The notes under the pieces were generated by a model that was given only the letters and a program-made list of their open reading frames with translations, ran no database searches and had not been told where the DNA came from. From Spizellomyces punctatus DAOM BR117 (lineage: Eukaryota): a stretch of 64,000 bases of DNA. A program made the translations under genes and the position numbers. The DNA lies in the NCBI GenBank assembly GCA_000182565.2, contig KQ257466.1. The stretch is one strand, 5' to 3'. Shown here piece after piece: positions 38,526 through 51,282 of this stretch. Position 1 is the stretch's first letter. Each line of letters begins with the position of its first letter.

Positions 38526-39585
38526 CTACCTGTATTCCACCCGACCCCTGACAAAAACAAAATGCTCATCGACAGCTCTAATCCCCAAATAATGTATCAA
38601 AGGATTACCCAGCCCTGCCGGACGATCTACCCAATTGAATCGAACGTTGGGAAATAAAACTGGTCGCTGCTGATTTTGCGAGTTGACTCGTCCGCATATC
38701 TGCCCTGATAAAGTATATCGCACTTCATCAATTAGACCAAGGTTCAGGCAGTCAGATGCAAAAGCTCCGCCTGTGGAAATATCTAATGTCTATGGTTGTC
38801 TGTGAGTAGAGGGCCCTTGAAGGATTATCAAGATTTTGTGCCTCGGATGACGGACGGACCTGGATCTGATAACTCTCCTTCAAAACTTTCATCAACTGTC
38901 TCAAATCCACCACATCTTCACCGCAAACAACGACATTCTCTGATTTCCCGCGCTCAGCCAAGCACCTGCTTCCGCGTCCGCCTGTGACGATAAGAACTTT
39001 CAAGTCAACCCGTTGGAAAACGGGATGGTCCAGAGGCAATTCCCCGCTGTTCGTTACAATGATTTGAAGAGGGTGATCAGGGCTTTTGAGGTTTGTCTGG
39101 CGATAGTTTTGTAGATCTTGGAACCTAAGGAAGCACATATACAATTTGGTCATCGATACGCTCACAACGGAAAATGCCCAAATCGTCTCACCTTGTAAAC
39201 CACCCATCAAATTCTGGTTCATTTCTCAGGTTGGCGCCAGTCACCAGCACGCCGTCTGCGCATGCCCATCCAAAATTGAGTATTCTCCAATCGGTCAACG
39301 AGCCTTTCACTTGCTCCATGTGCTTCATGGCAATAGGCCTAGCACAGAGTATCAAAGAACTTCAAATGGTACCACCCATCCGGTAGCAGCTTTACATACA
39401 TACCCAGCATCAGTGCATCCAATTTCCGCAAGCCCAATCACCCCGTCTAAGGATGTGACTGCATTTTGCCATACATATGGCCTGTCGTTGGGAACATGGA
39501 TGCCGTCAAGGGAGAGGTAAGAGGTAAGTTCTGGTAATTGAACCTCCGGAGAGGTGAACACTGCCAGAAATGGCGTTGAAGTCAT
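38526..39585 (-). CDS. RibD C-terminal (DHFR-fold) reductase-like protein
   Basis: DRPYVWQNAVTSLDGVI, DGVLVTGANLR, PLQIIVTNSGELP, VDLRQLMKVLKE and LIDEVRYT follow the RibD_C/Rib7 pattern; spliced. Confidence 0.8.
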
Positions 39586-39982
39586 TATGGACAGACCGTC
39601 TATCGGCCTCTACCTATATCTCTGCTGTTGTTGTGGTTATGGTAAAAACAACGGTCTCTGATCAGCAACTGCGCAGACGCGTGCAAAAGCATCATTTGCC
39701 TATATCTCGTTCTTGGCTTTTTTTATTTTCTTTTTGGTTTACACCTTTTCTGGTTAATTACAAATAGTACGTCTGATCCTTTCAAATCACACGTCAATAA
39801 GGAAGCGTGAGATATTCTCATGCCCGAACCCCCCTTCCCTATTCCTGACTGTACGTATATAAGAAAATGTTAGATAAAGACGAACAGTTGGACACTTTTT
39901 ATGTGGTATGAGGTCGCCCAATCGGGTCCAAAGAAGAGCAAGATAAAAAAAAATCGGACCGGTTTGGTCGCTTCATAACGAA

Positions 39983-41386
39983 TTACTGTTGTTCCCACAA
40001 GCCGTATTTGATGCCGGGAACGGTTTGCCACAATCTGCGACAGTAGAGCCCCATATTAGCTCGACATCAAAAAGAGCCACGCAAACCCACCAATAAATTA
40101 CCTCACAGTTCCGTCCTCACTTCCCGTGGCATAGAGATGACCATCTGGGCTATAGCTTACGCAATGAATGGGTCCATGATGTCCTTTATATACCTCTGCC
40201 AATCGCAATAATATCATAGCAGAACGAGCAAATTTACCACTGGCTGTCCTTAGCTGCGAATTTTAATTTCCCACTCACCTTGCTCTTCCCCGGTCTTCCA
40301 ATCGTACACGCGCACCCACAGGTCTTGACTTCCGCCAACGACAAATTTGCCTCCAGAGGGATGGAGACTTGCCGACGATGCACTGATATTGACGTCAAAG
40401 GATTTTTCCAGAGCAGAGCTATTTCAAAAGGCTGGAATCAGGGGAACAGAAGATAATGTCAGGCATCCACAGTAAGATGCTCACCTCAATGCATTATAAA
40501 ACAACACTTTCTTCCCTGCGGTGCAGATGATGAACTTTTTATCCCACGAGAATCGTAAACTGGAAATTTCGGATTCAAATTCCCGGTTGCTGATTTCGCT
40601 TGATGTCCGGAGATCCCACACGCGAAGGTTTTTCCCATCTCCGGCAAAAACCAAGCTGAACATTTGATTCAGTTGAGTGACCGCAAATATGTCGATTCCG
40701 TCACGGGGATATACTCACCCATGATCACCATCCAATAAGGCTGTTTTGATCTCGTTCTCACATCCCTCCAATACTCTCATAGGCTCCCTCTTCCCATCCC
40801 CCTGCAGGTCAAAAATGCGGACCTTCTTCTCGTAACCGCCCGTAAGAACGTAACGCCCTTCTCCCGTGATATCCACACAGCGAACGACATGAGAATGGTC
40901 CAAGGTAACCTTTGCGACACCTGTAAGGTTATCCCAAATCTTTGCCGTAAAATCTGCGGAACCGGTAACGGAGAGAGTGGCGTCTCGGCTTAGACGGGCT
41001 GACCAGACCGCCCCTTTATGACCTATCACACCGTTATGTACTAGCATCAACAACGATACTTCGTGAGGGAAGCGTTGTACAATGCATACCTTGGAAGCTG
41101 CCAACCCAATCCCCAGTATTGCCTCTCCTCAAGATTGGCACTGAATCTATGTTACCACGGCGATATCAGCTCTGGAAGTGTAGTCCAAGCCACGTTAACC
41201 GCCATAGAAATGCCAACCTTTACAAGCACTAATCAAAAAGAAGTCGCCGGTATAGGTAAACGAAGAAAATCCCAAATCCACCACCGGCCGCGTATGTCCC
41301 GGGCACGTTAATGGGACTTGTTTAGCGGGCTGAATGGCATCAATTGGACGCACTGGTTGAGATAAGCGACGGCCGTTCTCAAGCAT
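39983..41386 (-). CDS. STRAP: WD40 protein STRAP/UNRIP
   Basis: [54 protein letters not shown], and C-terminal [14 protein letters not shown]. Confidence 0.88.
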
Positions 41387-41838
41387 CGATGAGGTTCTTG
41401 ACTTTTAGGTTCTGAGGCAAGGTATGTTTATCCTTGATGTTTGGCGCCAGTTTGCGATACCCGAGACAGTTCCAACGGTGTTCTCAGAAGCGCGGGGACG
41501 TGACCAACCACAGGAAGAGCACAGGGATCAGGATACGGGTAGAGAAGAGATGGAGCTTCTCTACAAAGAAGCCAATTGAGGATCCGGGGCGGGGAGGATC
41601 AGCGAAACCCAAAAGCCGATTCTCCTAAAAGCGATCATCAACAGACTCTGAATTGCTCAGTTGCCATTTCGGGTAAATAGACACCTTTCGAATCTCGCTG
41701 GAGACATTTTAGAATTGAGCCAGCAACGGTTTTTGTCGGCCGATTATGCACGCGTCGCGTCCGTTGTGGGTGGGGACGCCCGTCCGCAACGTTGGAAGAG
41801 TTGTCCAACCATCGCATACCCGCCGTCGTCAGTAAGAA

Positions 41839-43383
41839 ATGTCAGATTCATCAAATATGGCCGTCAAGCCTTCGGACCTTGCATCTCAGCTCAAAAATGA
41901 CACCCGCGTTAAAGTCTCTGGTTGCGATATCGATGGTATAGCACGGTAGGGAGAAGCAATGAGGAATGCCAAACGACCCTGGAAAATTCAGATATTAACT
42001 CTGTTTTTAAATAGAGGCAAAATAATGTCAACTGAAAAGTTCTTGAAAGCTGCCGAAGAGGGATTTGGTAGCTGCTGAATGGGCTTGCCCTGATGAGGCT
42101 TTAGCACTAACCAGTTGGTATCGACAAGGCTTTTGCAACGTAACATTTGGCTGGGATATGCATGACAAAACGTATGATCCAAACGTTTTTCCCAATAAAG
42201 CCCGGGAAACAGCGTATCCAGACATCCTCGCCCGTCCTGACCTATCCACTCTCCGCCGGGTACCATGGGACGATAATGTTCCGCACTTTCTCTTGGACTT
42301 TTATACTCCCGACACTAATGAGCCGTACCCATTTTGTCCTCGTGCCCTGTTGAAAAGAGTGATCAAACATTGTGAGAAGGCTGGGTATATGCCATTTTGT
42401 GGAATGGAATATGAGTTCTTCAGCTTTCAAGGTATGTTGACCGTCGTCCATGATCATTGCAGATTTGCATTTGATCATCAGCTTTCTGATCTGTACCAGA
42501 AACACCCGAGACCTTGGCGTCAAAGCAAGGTCAAGATTTGAAGCCACTCACACCTGGCATGTTCGGGTACTCTCTCCTACGACCAACTTTAAACCAATCG
42601 TATTTCAACAGCATATATACGTCCTGCCTTTCCTACCGCATCCCCATCGAAGGGTTTCATACGGAGACTGGGCCAGGAGTGTACGAAGCTGCTCTGGCGT
42701 ACACTGATGCTCTTGAGATGGCAGACCGAGCCCATTTGTTCAAAACAGCTGCCAAACAGATCGGAATGCAGTATGGAATCATGCCAAGTTTCATGGCAAA
42801 ACCACACAGCAATCTACCTGGATGCTCAGGACACATCCACTTCAGTCTCAAATCCATCTCTACAAAAAAATCCGTGTTCGAAATGAAGGAAACCGAAGAT
42901 TCCATCAATAAGGTCTGCAGACAGTTTATCGCAGGGATATTGACCGCTCTTCCTTCGCTTTTACCTCTCTTCGCACCAACTGTCAACTCTTACAAGCGAC
43001 TCGTGGAAAATTACTGGGCACCTACTACTACGTCGTACGGTCTTCAAAACCGCACCTCGGCCATACGACTCATTCCGCCTTCACGGATTGAGTTCCGTGT
43101 CCCTGGAGCAGACGTGAACCCTTATCTGGCAATTGCTGGATGTTTGGCTGCAGGAGTTTGGGGCATTGAAAATGAACTTGATTTGAACGATGTCCCAGTC
43201 CAGAGATTACCAGGGGACTTGAAGGAGGCAACCAGCAAGATGTTGGAGGAAGGGAGTGTGGCGAGAAAAGTGCTTGGCGATGAATTTATTGAACATTTTG
43301 GAGGAACGCGAGTGGCGGAATGGAAAGAATGGTGTGGGGCTGTCACTGCATGGGAGAGACTTCGTTATATGGAGACAGTGTAG
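41839..43383 (+). CDS. Glutamine synthetase type I-like (gamma-glutamyl ligase family) protein
   Basis: DIDGIARGK, FGWDMHD, GMEYEF, HTETGPGVYE, FMAKP..GCSGHIHFSL, NSYKRLV, NRTSAIR, RIEFRVPGADVNPYL. Confidence 0.92.
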
Positions 43384-43595
43384 GTAGCAATGTTTAGTAA
43401 CCTTTTTATAACGATTCGTATGGTGCTGTACCTTTTTGTATGTGATGGTATCTGCTTAGATGTCGCTTCTGTTTTGTATCTATCTAATCGTCACTATGAG
43501 AAAATTCCCATTTCATGCACCAGTTTCCAGCAATGCTATACAGTATTCCAGAGGTGACAACACTTCGCTAACCTCATCTACTACTACTTCTATCT

Positions 43596-44171
43596 CTACT
43601 TACTAGCCTGCTTACTCGCCAATAGCTCTTCGTAATTCTCTTTTGCAATATCCGCTAGCGTGCCATCATCAAGATTGTATTCTTGATCATATGCTTGCTT
43701 GATCTGTCCAAAAAGGTTTAGTTAACCACAAAATAATCTGAGGCTAGGGAGTGAATAACCTACAAATTTCAAGAAATCTTTTGTATCGCCTGTGGCAAAA
43801 TCCAGGTGTTACACATAGTGGTCACATATATGATAGCTTGCAAAAAAGCGTACCTATCAACTCGCCACTTTCTCGCCAGACCATCTGTTCCAGTCCTTCC
43901 GGAGTCTTGAATGTCCGATCGTGGGCCATACGGTTTGCCCACCCGTTTTGGATGAATATCTGACGTGCATAGTCTGGCCAATCGTCAGGATGTTGGGGGA
44001 GAAGAGTGATATGGAAAGAAGGGAGGTTGATATTGAGATGATGGGCAAGCATTTCAGCCTGTGGATCGAGTGGGTTAGTGGATTGGGATGAGGCTTTAAT
44101 TGCAATAAATTGAGGCTTGCCCGTGCATATTCGGGATCATTTGCTCGTCCAGCGATCATGAAGTAGGCCAT
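43596..44171 (-). CDS. Stand-alone protein homologous to the N-terminal domain of ciliary MDH1B
   Basis: Spliced product MAYFMIAGRANDPEYARAEMLAHHLNINLPSFHITLLPQHPDDWPDY..VWRESGELIGDTKDFLKFIKQAY..DIAKEN parallels MDH1B [48 protein letters not shown]..IAQEN. Confidence 0.75.
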
Positions 44172-44422
44172 GTCTCCAGCGAAAGAGAAACTTGATGAAG
44201 GATATGCCAGATGAGTGGATCAGCGCAGATCGTCATTACAGTCAGTCATATTGAACAAGCCGCAGGGTAGCTATTTTTAGCCACTTGCAACCATCTGTTA
44301 ACATGGAGAGAAACCGCGTATATAACATAAATGAGGTAGAACACTCCCACCACCAACGAAAAAACACCTATACTACATGGACTATCAGGGAAACAATAAT
44401 GATCCTTCTAAACTAGTTCATT

Positions 44423-45978
44423 TCACTTTACTGTTCCCCTGGACCCGCTCCCAAACTGTTCACTTGCACTTATCAAACTTTCCACCATGCTTAAAAATGC
44501 GCTCGCATCCGCCGGGAGGTTGTCGGACACATGGTGGGAGTCAAGTGAGCTTGTGCATGAGTGAGCCGCGGGCCATGGAAAGTTGACGCCATTCATTGCG
44601 GGCTCTTGCCTACGAGGCATATCGCTTTTAAGCTGATGCTCTTCTAGCTTGAAGTGGGGGCTACAGGGATCGATGCCCATAACCAACAGATAATCCACTA
44701 CATCTGTCAAAGACAAGCCTGTCGGAAACGCGACAATTAGCTCATAAGTCCCGCCTTCCTCCTCTCGCACATGTAAATCTCTGAGTCCACTTTGCAGCAG
44801 CTTCTCCAGGATTATCGCTGTGGCTGTTAGATGATCTTTGTGTAATCGGGCGAGGGAACGGATTTCGGTAATGAGGGCTACTGTCAGGTTCTGTGAACCA
44901 GCTCTCGAAATAGAGTCCATTTCCCAGGCAGGGGGACCATAGAGGCTGTGTGAAAATAGGTGGGAGGTTAGGTTATATTTCATGTCCCCATGTCACATTC
45001 GACGAATAGGACTTACAAGATGGACATGGAGACCGAGACGGCCTTGCTGGATGCAGGGTTGACCTGCACGGGCGACCGCTTTGTTACGACTTTCTTTGCA
45101 GTACGTACTACAACGGCAGTGCCAGTGTTCTCTACAGCCGCACCCAGACCAGCGGGTTCAACGTCCACAGCGCGCTTCAACAAGACACCCAAGCGGGCAG
45201 GGCGAATAGACTTCACCGCCTTTGGAACCAGTCTCCTTTTTGGAGTCCTGGTCACACGTGCCCGTAACCTAGCTTTCAAATCATCACCCATCCCATTCTT
45301 GTCCTTCATCTCCTCTGTCACAGCACCAGGTAACACTTTGAAGCCAGCAAATGAGTTCGACACAGAAGGCCCATGACTTTGAAAAGTTTGCTGGCCAAAT
45401 CCAGTGGTGAAATTCCTCCGACCGCCAAACTGTCTGGATCCTTGAGTGAATCCTCGAGTACTGTAAGCGCCAAACATGGTGTTTTGCGCCGGGAAAATAC
45501 GGCCGAAAGGTGGAGCTTGGCCAATTGGACCCCTTCCAGTATAGAACCTGCCTCGGAAGGCTGATGTGTTCTTCGGCAATGCCCATGCAGTTGAAGTAAT
45601 ATTCTGAGTTGCCATTTTTCGAGCAATCCCTGGGAATACGGACCGAAGCGCATCAAGAAGGTGACTGTATGGAAGAAGAGGTAACTGAGGGGCGGCTTTC
45701 TGTAACAAAGAAGATACTGAGTCCTTGGTTTAGCTGTATTGCAAACGCTGTAAGTTACCAACCTGGGTCACTCCAGCACGAAGAAATAACTGGTGCAAAA
45801 CCGTACGACGAGCAACCTGCAACAGCCGACTCGACGAAGGAGAGGGAATGCCGCTGGAAGAATAGCCTTGGCTAACAGACACCTCGGTCGCCTCCCACGG
45901 CCTTGCGAGTCGGCCTTGGAGAGGATGCCCGAGCCCCTTCACGGGCCGCCAAAGGCTGCCCAAAAAGGATCGTAGCAT
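44423..45978 (-). CDS. Hypothetical protein, possibly mitochondrial
   Basis: Three ORF segments (45730-45978, 45013-45708, 44423-44983) joinable by short GT-AG introns; Arg/Ser/Leu-rich N-terminus resembling a presequence. Confidence 0.55.
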
Positions 45979-47066
45979 GGTTCACCAAGGTTTGAACAAG
46001 ATTATACCTTCTTTGCTAGTTGGAAAGAAGGCACGAACCGCAGTTGACGTCTGCCACCCGTGCTTATGTAAGCGTGACACCCGTGATCAGATGAAAATAC
46101 CATGAACATTTAGTAGTGTAGAGGTGACAGAAACTGGCACTAGCTACTACACCAGGGAATGAACCGGCGACAACCGGTTCGGAAAAGCTAACTAACTACT
46201 ACTAGGCAATTATACACGTAATACGTAGCGGTTGTTCTAACCGGATAATTGCCCACCACCACACGCGGTCCCTACTAGGCCTTGATCCAGAACTCTTGAT
46301 GCCATTGAAGCCAGAGTCTTCGCAACATTGGGGAGACTCGCAAGCTGGAGGATCTTCAGTGACAAGGCTTGGAGACTAAAAACTGCATGTCAGAAGATGA
46401 CCCGATGACAAGAAATGCAAGAAATGACATCGATACATACCAACCAAGCTCAACTAATGTGGCAGTATAATAGTAGGTTTTGTTATCGGATCCGATTGGT
46501 TGCCGCTGGTTCTGATCACGGTTGCTGTCGGGCGGTCGAGGTCCTCGACACCACCACATCTGTATTCTCATGATTCGACCGACAGTCGCGATGAGAAGAG
46601 TTGCACAGATGCTTTGAGTTGAGGGATAAAGAAACAAGAGGGAAGAGACAGAAGGCCCCCCTTTTATGGACCTTTGGCATGCGCCTCACCGCAGTTTAAA
46701 AAAAAAACATTACATTAGCATGCCTCACCGTTTTGAGCGATAGAGGGGGTGCTGATTATGCGATATGACTAACCGGATTAATCCGGATAATAATGGGTCT
46801 TAGTGCCATTTTCAATGACCTCCACACTATAGTGGACAGGAAAAGTACCATGCAATAAGTGATATTTTTTGATCCAGAGCATGGACACCAAACAACAGAT
46901 ATACACTGAAATCAATATACACAGAATTCCTACATGAGATGCTAACTAGCTACATCCCCTGTACAGATGCTAAAACCAAAATATGAGGAACCATGCAACC
47001 GTTAAACTGGTTACAGCAATGCAATCTCCCAATATGCCCGCTTTTGGCCTCCCCTAGCTACACAGC

Positions 47067-48430
47067 TTAGATGAATATCTCATCATACCGTGTCGTCAAC
47101 GGGCGCGTAGATCTAGGGTATGAGGTGGGATCAAGAGCTGTGAACGTGTGCCACGGGACGTGGAGGGTAGAAGTGCGGAGAGAACTATAGCAATTTTCGC
47201 AGAGATCTGCACAACGACATAAATGTGGTTAATACTAATTACAACACTCAAAATCTGTGCAGAGTTGAAGCATTACCATAGTGTCGGCATTCTGAGCATT
47301 TGTACCTCTTTCCCGCAAACCCACGTCTTCCGCAACCATCACATGATACTCCAACCCATACATCCTTGACATTTTTCAGTTCTTCAAAGCCATGAGCAGT
47401 ATCGTGCACGTCTCGTCTGTTTTCGAAACAGCGGCCACAGAGGTCATAGTCCGGACAGCTTAAGCATTTGTATCGAGGTCCTGTAAAGTGACGCCTTTCA
47501 CAGCCATCACAGATTACAGAATTCCACTTTACCACTGGATGGGTCTGCATTTCGGATGTCGATGTCCGATTGGATGCAGACGATCCTGGTCGTACTTGCG
47601 GCGATGCATTTGGAAGAACAGTAATTCCCCAGTTTCGGTTTGCCAGTGTCGAGTTCATGTGCATTTGTAGGCGCGAAAGATGTTGAGGGTTAGATTCCAG
47701 TTTGGTTAGCAAAGTGTCGATCAAAGGCTGAACCTCGCAGAGGAAGCTGTCAAAAGAATTAGATGATTCCTTGACCTCGCTGGTTCCTGATATCCCGGCC
47801 GAAGCCTCGTCAGATTGATTATGCTTTGCAGATGTGCCCTCGTGCTCGTCTTCATTACTGGATAGTGCATCCCTTATCGCTTCCGTCGCTCCACGCTCCC
47901 CAATATGCGGTTCTGCTGGTATCTCCTCTGCCACCAACTCGCATTTCTCGCATTCGCCTTCATCAGCATCGACCAACAGCGGAGCACGGAGAATGTTGCT
48001 CAGAACGGCCTTGTCCCCGCTATCTGGCGCGGTAGGGTCGTGCTCTGAACCAACTGCATCCGTTGCGGTTACTATACAGGCATCCTCAACCACATCTTTG
48101 CTGACAACCACAAATTCATCCCCCGACTCGTCGCCTTCCTGATCCATGACAACTAAAGAAACCTCTGTTATGTCTCCGTTCAGTAAGCGGTTTACGTCCC
48201 TTCATTTTTCTGGTGTCAGTCAAATATAATAGAATGTTATGAGGGCCCATAACTTACTCATCGCTTTGCAGCACAGTTTCATCGTCCACTGCCAACCTCA
48301 GCTCAATAGAGTTTCTGTCTGCAATAGAGTGGGCCTTGCACACACATTCCCGTAGTTCGTTAAAACTTGGCGTGTGTGGGAAAGTGATGTCCTTTTTAGA
48401 GTCCCTGTATTCTACAGAACAGTTGAACAT
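47067..48430 (-). CDS. PB1-like plus tandem ZZ zinc-finger protein (p62/NBR1-like)
   Basis: N-terminal ubiquitin-like/PB1-like segment; ZZ fingers ICDGCERRHFTGPRYKCLSCPDYDLCGRC..H and SCDGCGRRGFAGKRYKCSECRHYDLCENC..H; LIR-like DEFVVV. Confidence 0.8.
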
Positions 48431-48969
48431 TCCTGTTGCTGTCCTTTTGGCGGTGCGCTTCAAGTGCACAAGGGCTAGCTAAAATATAAACGCCTTTTAG
48501 ACGCCGTTCAGTTACTTTCACTGAACCTTTTAACCAAAAGGTCTCAACGAAAACGCAGCGCAACAGCTGGACCCGTCCAACTTGGCCACGAGTTGCCCTT
48601 CTGCGCGTGTTGCTTTGTAAACACGACACGTCAGCAGGTTTCTGTCACCTGATTCCTCAGTTTTTGCTTGCGGGCCTCTCGAATGTAACACCCTTTGACC
48701 AGACGGCCACGGCCCCCGTTGTGGGCAATGGATTTTACCCATTTCTTTATGGGATGTAGGATACTGCCGACGACGATGGTCGGCCTCGGATGAGTCTGGG
48801 ATTTGGGAGAAGCCATTAATGACTGAGCTGCTGGATATTGGATATGGTTCACGCCGGCTAGAAAGCATTAAAATGTGGTTTCTTTCGGACAAAACCCCGC
48901 TTGATTCGTCCACTTGGTCCTTGCACAGACAATTTGTAACTCCTTTACATCCATCTGCATTTTGTGAGA

Positions 48970-49659
48970 ATGACCGCCGCCGAACCTATTGTCGCTGCTG
49001 TTCAGTCTACAGCCGCCGCTCCTCTACTTGTAAAGCGGTTGAGCGAAAAGGCGAGGCTCCCAAGACGGGGAAGCGCTTTCGCTGCTGGTTACGACCTCTG
49101 CAGGTACATTCTGGCCTTTATTTTGTCTCTCAGCCTATCCCATGCATATTCCTGAGCTCATAATGGCGATTATTAGTGCCAAGGCTATGAGCATTCCACC
49201 CCATTCACGAGCAATCGTGCCTACTGACCTATCAATTGCTGTACCTCCAAACACATACGGCCGCGTTGCCCCTAGAAGCGGGTTGGCTGTAAAACATTTT
49301 ATTGATGTTGGTGCTGGTGTTGTGGATGCCGACTACCGAGGTCCTGTCGGTGTTGTTTTGTTCAACTTTGGTGAAAATGAGTTCAAGAGTGAGTAACTAG
49401 TAATTGATTTATGTAATGGTTTACGAACGCTCACATGGTTGGGCATCTGTTAGTTGAGGAGGGTGATCGCATCGCTCAATTGGTATTGGAACGAATTGTC
49501 ACGCCTGAGGTTGTCGAAGTTAAGGTGAGATCTTGGAGAGCATTTCTACCGTATCCCTCCGTACGTTGTCCTGATCGGCTATTTGTCTGTAACTCAAAGA
49601 CGCTGGAAGAGACCGTCCGTGGAGCTGGGGGCTTTGGATCAACTGGGGTCTCGAATTAA
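48970..49659 (+). CDS. DUT1: dUTPase
   Basis: Motifs [44 protein letters not shown]. Confidence 0.97.
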
Positions 49660-49952
49660 GCATATACCCATCTTGATAAACGCTCTATCGCCTGGCGGAC
49701 GTTCATTGTTCCAATAAATGGAAATACATATTTTTCTTATAACCATGGTCCATACTTGTAATACTGAGGATTCAATTGCCTTGCTTTATGCTGTGCTGCA
49801 AAATGTTTCGATTTACGCAGGTTGTACTGTTTGGAATTCATTTGGTTTATTCGGCGTTGCATATGTACCAAAAATCAAAGTCATTGACTTTTTACGAACC
49901 ATTGCACAGAATCACTCTCTCCAATGCCACCAATTGAGCTTTGAACCGTCGA

Positions 49953-50723
49953 TCAAGGCAAAGATTCCCTTGACCCTCCCCACCACTTCAATACATCTTC
50001 TTTGCCTCTAGCAAAACGTCCAAACTTCTCCAGTGTTCTAAATTTAATTGGTGTAGGATTCGCATCTGCTACCAAGCGCCTCTGAATGTACTCCAACCCA
50101 GACTTTTCGCATGGGACCATTTTATTCGGGTCTCCTGTTTTCGATTGATCCGCCTTGAGACCCTTTTCGATTCCCAGCCCTGCTTCCTCCGCCTCATCTC
50201 GTTCCCAGTCCCATCCAATTTCATGTTGGGTTGTGGCAGGGTATGTATATTTTTGGCGTGGGTAGCGAGTTCGGATGATACGGGGCACGTCATGGATGCA
50301 GAGGAGATCTGCCGTGTACGATTTAGGATCTGTTGTTAGGCCTTGCGGGAGTTTGGAAGGTAGGCCAGAGATAAAGGGGCGGGGAGTGGTGCTGGACAGA
50401 GGAGGTAGTTTCACATTTGATTTACTGTTGGCTTCCTGATACTAGAAAAGGACAAAAAGCTGGGTATGATTAACCTCATTCATATTTCGTAACGCGGAAT
50501 GTTGCAACCTTGTAGAGCTCTCGCATAAATCCCCAATTTTCGTTCCAGTTCTTTGCGGTCGACAGTTCATAGTTTGTCGTTTGCCGCCTGATAATTTCAG
50601 TATATTGTTGATGATGAAAACGACTGCGTCTTCTAATGCACAAATGAAATACCATATCGCATCATCATGAACCTGATTCCGTACTCGAGGAGGTTGTCCT
50701 CGTTGAACAGCTGCTTCCGCCAT
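49953..50723 (-). CDS. Ciliary microtubule inner protein-like (C20orf85/CIMIP1-type)
   Basis: Spliced NQVHDDAIWRQTINYE..KNWNENWGFM, PATTQHEIGW and LEKFGRFARGK resemble C20orf85 QDEIWK..WPQNWGFL..PQTTQGFIGW. Confidence 0.6.
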
Positions 50724-51282
50724 GATTATGTGATTTGGATTGGACAGTAGATCAAGTTCTAATATCAAAGTGAAAGAAGTGAAGCGTTCCAGCTTGGTCG
50801 ACCGTGTTTTGGGGGTATCAATGACTTGAGGTCGGAATGATACCAAAATAGCTATCGGTGAATAACGCAGTGCACGAAATGCAGGGTTACCGTAAGCTCC
50901 CCTGGTCAGAAGCATTTAAATTCTCCGATGTGCATACTATAAAGTTGGATTTTATGGAGCAAATGCAGTCGCTCCCTCTCTTGAGCTCACGCTGAGGGTC
51001 ATGGTCCTGTTGGTAAATAATACTCTTACACTTGGCAACACTTGCTTATAACGACTACTGATAATAAATAATATTCATGATTGTCAAAAAGACCACCATA
51101 GACTAATCTTAAAATCCATTTCATGAATGTGAAAACAGCGGTTTGTGAGATATGATCACGTGATATTGAAATGAAATGTCCCCCAAGCAAAAATCAAGTT
51201 CCAGTGCACAACCTCCTTTACATTCCTGCATCTGCTGTGTCCTCCTCCATTTCAGCCCCCAGACGCACAACAGTAGCAAACC

